Shown here piece by piece: positions 62,647 to 64,000 of a stretch of 64,000 nt of DNA. A program made the position numbers and the translations under genes. Source of the stretch: an uncultured Gemmatimonadaceae bacterium (GTDB taxonomy: Bacteria > Gemmatimonadota > Gemmatimonadetes > Gemmatimonadales > Gemmatimonadaceae); the NCBI GenBank assembly GCA_963740355.1, contig CAVUDW010000003.1:1824001-1888000 (forward strand). Direction: 5' to 3'. The notes beneath the pieces are model-generated. The model was not told the DNA's origin. It searched no databases and worked only from the letters and a program-made list of their open reading frames with translations. How positions within the stretch are numbered: the stretch's first letter is position 1; every line of letters starts with the position of its first letter.

Positions 62647-63857
62647 TTTGCGATGATCGGGCGCAGGCGTGCGCCGTCCGTGATGGTGGACGTTGCCGCC
62701 GGCACGACGCGATCCCCCGCGACGAGGCCGTCGAGCACCTCACACAGTCCATGGCTGCGAAGGCCAAGCGTCACCGCCTGCCGGCGCACACGCCGTCCCG
62801 CAACCTTCAGAACCCATGGTGACGCGGTCTCGATGTCACGCACCGCGTCCGCCGGGACCAGCACCGCGTTCGTGCGCCGCGCGATCTCGATGTCCACCGA
62901 CACCGTCATGTCCTGCTTGAGGTACCTGGGTGGCGCTGGCACGCGCAGCTTCACGGTGACCGCCCCACGCTCTGCATCGACGCCGGGATTGATGTACACC
63001 AGCTCGGCAGGGAACCGCTCCGTCGGGTACGCATCCGCCGACGCCAGCGCCGAAAGGCCAAGCCTGAGCAGCTGCAGGTTCTTCTCGTCGATGTCCACAA
63101 CCAACTGCGTCTCACCGCCGGGGGAGAGCACCATCAGGGCCCGCCCAGGCTGCACGACATCGCCCGGCTCCACGGCGCGGGCGATCAGTGTGCCGGCGCT
63201 TGGTGCCTTGACGGTGGCGTAGCCAAGCTTCGCACGGGCGAGGTCGACACCAGCCTGCGCCTGCTCGAGCGCGGCCGCCGCCGCGACAGCATCACTTCCC
63301 GACGGCCTCGCGCTCGCCGCCTGCTGGCGCGCGCCGCGTAGCTGCGCGGCGGCCACCTGTTCTGCACGGCGTGCGTCTTCGAGCGCCGCCTCTCCGATCG
63401 CACCACCGGCGAGGAGCGCCTGACTGCGGCGCAGCGCATCGCGAGCCGCATCATGGTTGAGCTCTGCCTCGCGCAGCGCCTGCGCTGCCAGCGGCGACTG
63501 GACTTCCTGCAGCTGTCGCAGACGCGCCGAGGCCGCCTGCACGCTGTGCATTGCCTGATCGAGCGCGGCACGCAACTCGGAGGATTCCAGTTCGATCAGC
63601 GTGACGCCGGCGGCGACGTTCTGGCCTTCTTTCACCGGCACGGCGCGCACCGTCCCGGTCACCTGAACGCCCACGTCCACGCGATGTGGCGTCTCGACGC
63701 GACCGCTGGCGACCACCGTCTGCACGAAGTCCTGCCGGACGACGGGCTCGACGCTCACCTGCGGGCCGAGCAGCAGGCGTGGGCCGACGAGCGCGCCGAC
63801 CAAAATCACGACGCCGACGACGATCAGCGCCGTCCGATAGCGAAGAATGGTGCTCAT
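62643..63857 (-). CDS. Efflux RND/MacA-type membrane fusion protein
   Basis: VTGTVRAVPVKEGQ, VKAPSAG, VEPGDVVQPG, VLDGLVAGDRVV. Confidence 0.9.
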
Positions 63858-64000
63858 GCCGGCGTCAGCCACACGGTGCTACGGCGCAAGAACGACGTGG
63901 CACTATTTGTGGGTCGAGGGCATGGCGAACTCGGGTGTGTGCAATCAGTTACCTGCGCTGGGGATGCGGCGGCGCCGCTCCGTCCGCTGTGCGCAAGGTC

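Overview
A 64-kb, high-GC bacterial window. Gene content and style suggest Gemmatimonadota, which is inference only. Left part (1-28 kb) is mostly housekeeping: a DPP IV-like peptidase, fadI/fadJ, glpD, a GreA-family factor, metZ, LOG and queG. It also holds a secreted TPR-CHAT protease flanked by an ECF sigma/anti-sigma pair and a catalytically dead beta-lactamase-fold gene. One intact IS621-like IS110 element sits in a REP-like repeat, and its core, bridge-RNA guides and junction promoter can be read from the sequence. Downstream of queG (28-42.5 kb) is an accessory region in which five clear and one faint degenerate, co-oriented copies of the queG 3' end separate blocks of cargo. The cargo includes three type II toxin-antitoxin pairs, a Ser/Thr kinase, a TonB receptor, an esterase and LytS/LytTR. 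Two junctions share a 26-bp non-queG motif, and no integrase is present. This queG-tail cassette array is the most unusual feature. The right part holds an ECF-Ser/Thr kinase pair with a candidate shared target promoter, a PEP-CTERM gene, an Mla/Pqi-type operon, a REP hairpin and a MacAB-like ABC exporter. No rRNA, tRNA or CRISPR array was recognised. All product calls come from motif recognition by eye, not database searches.
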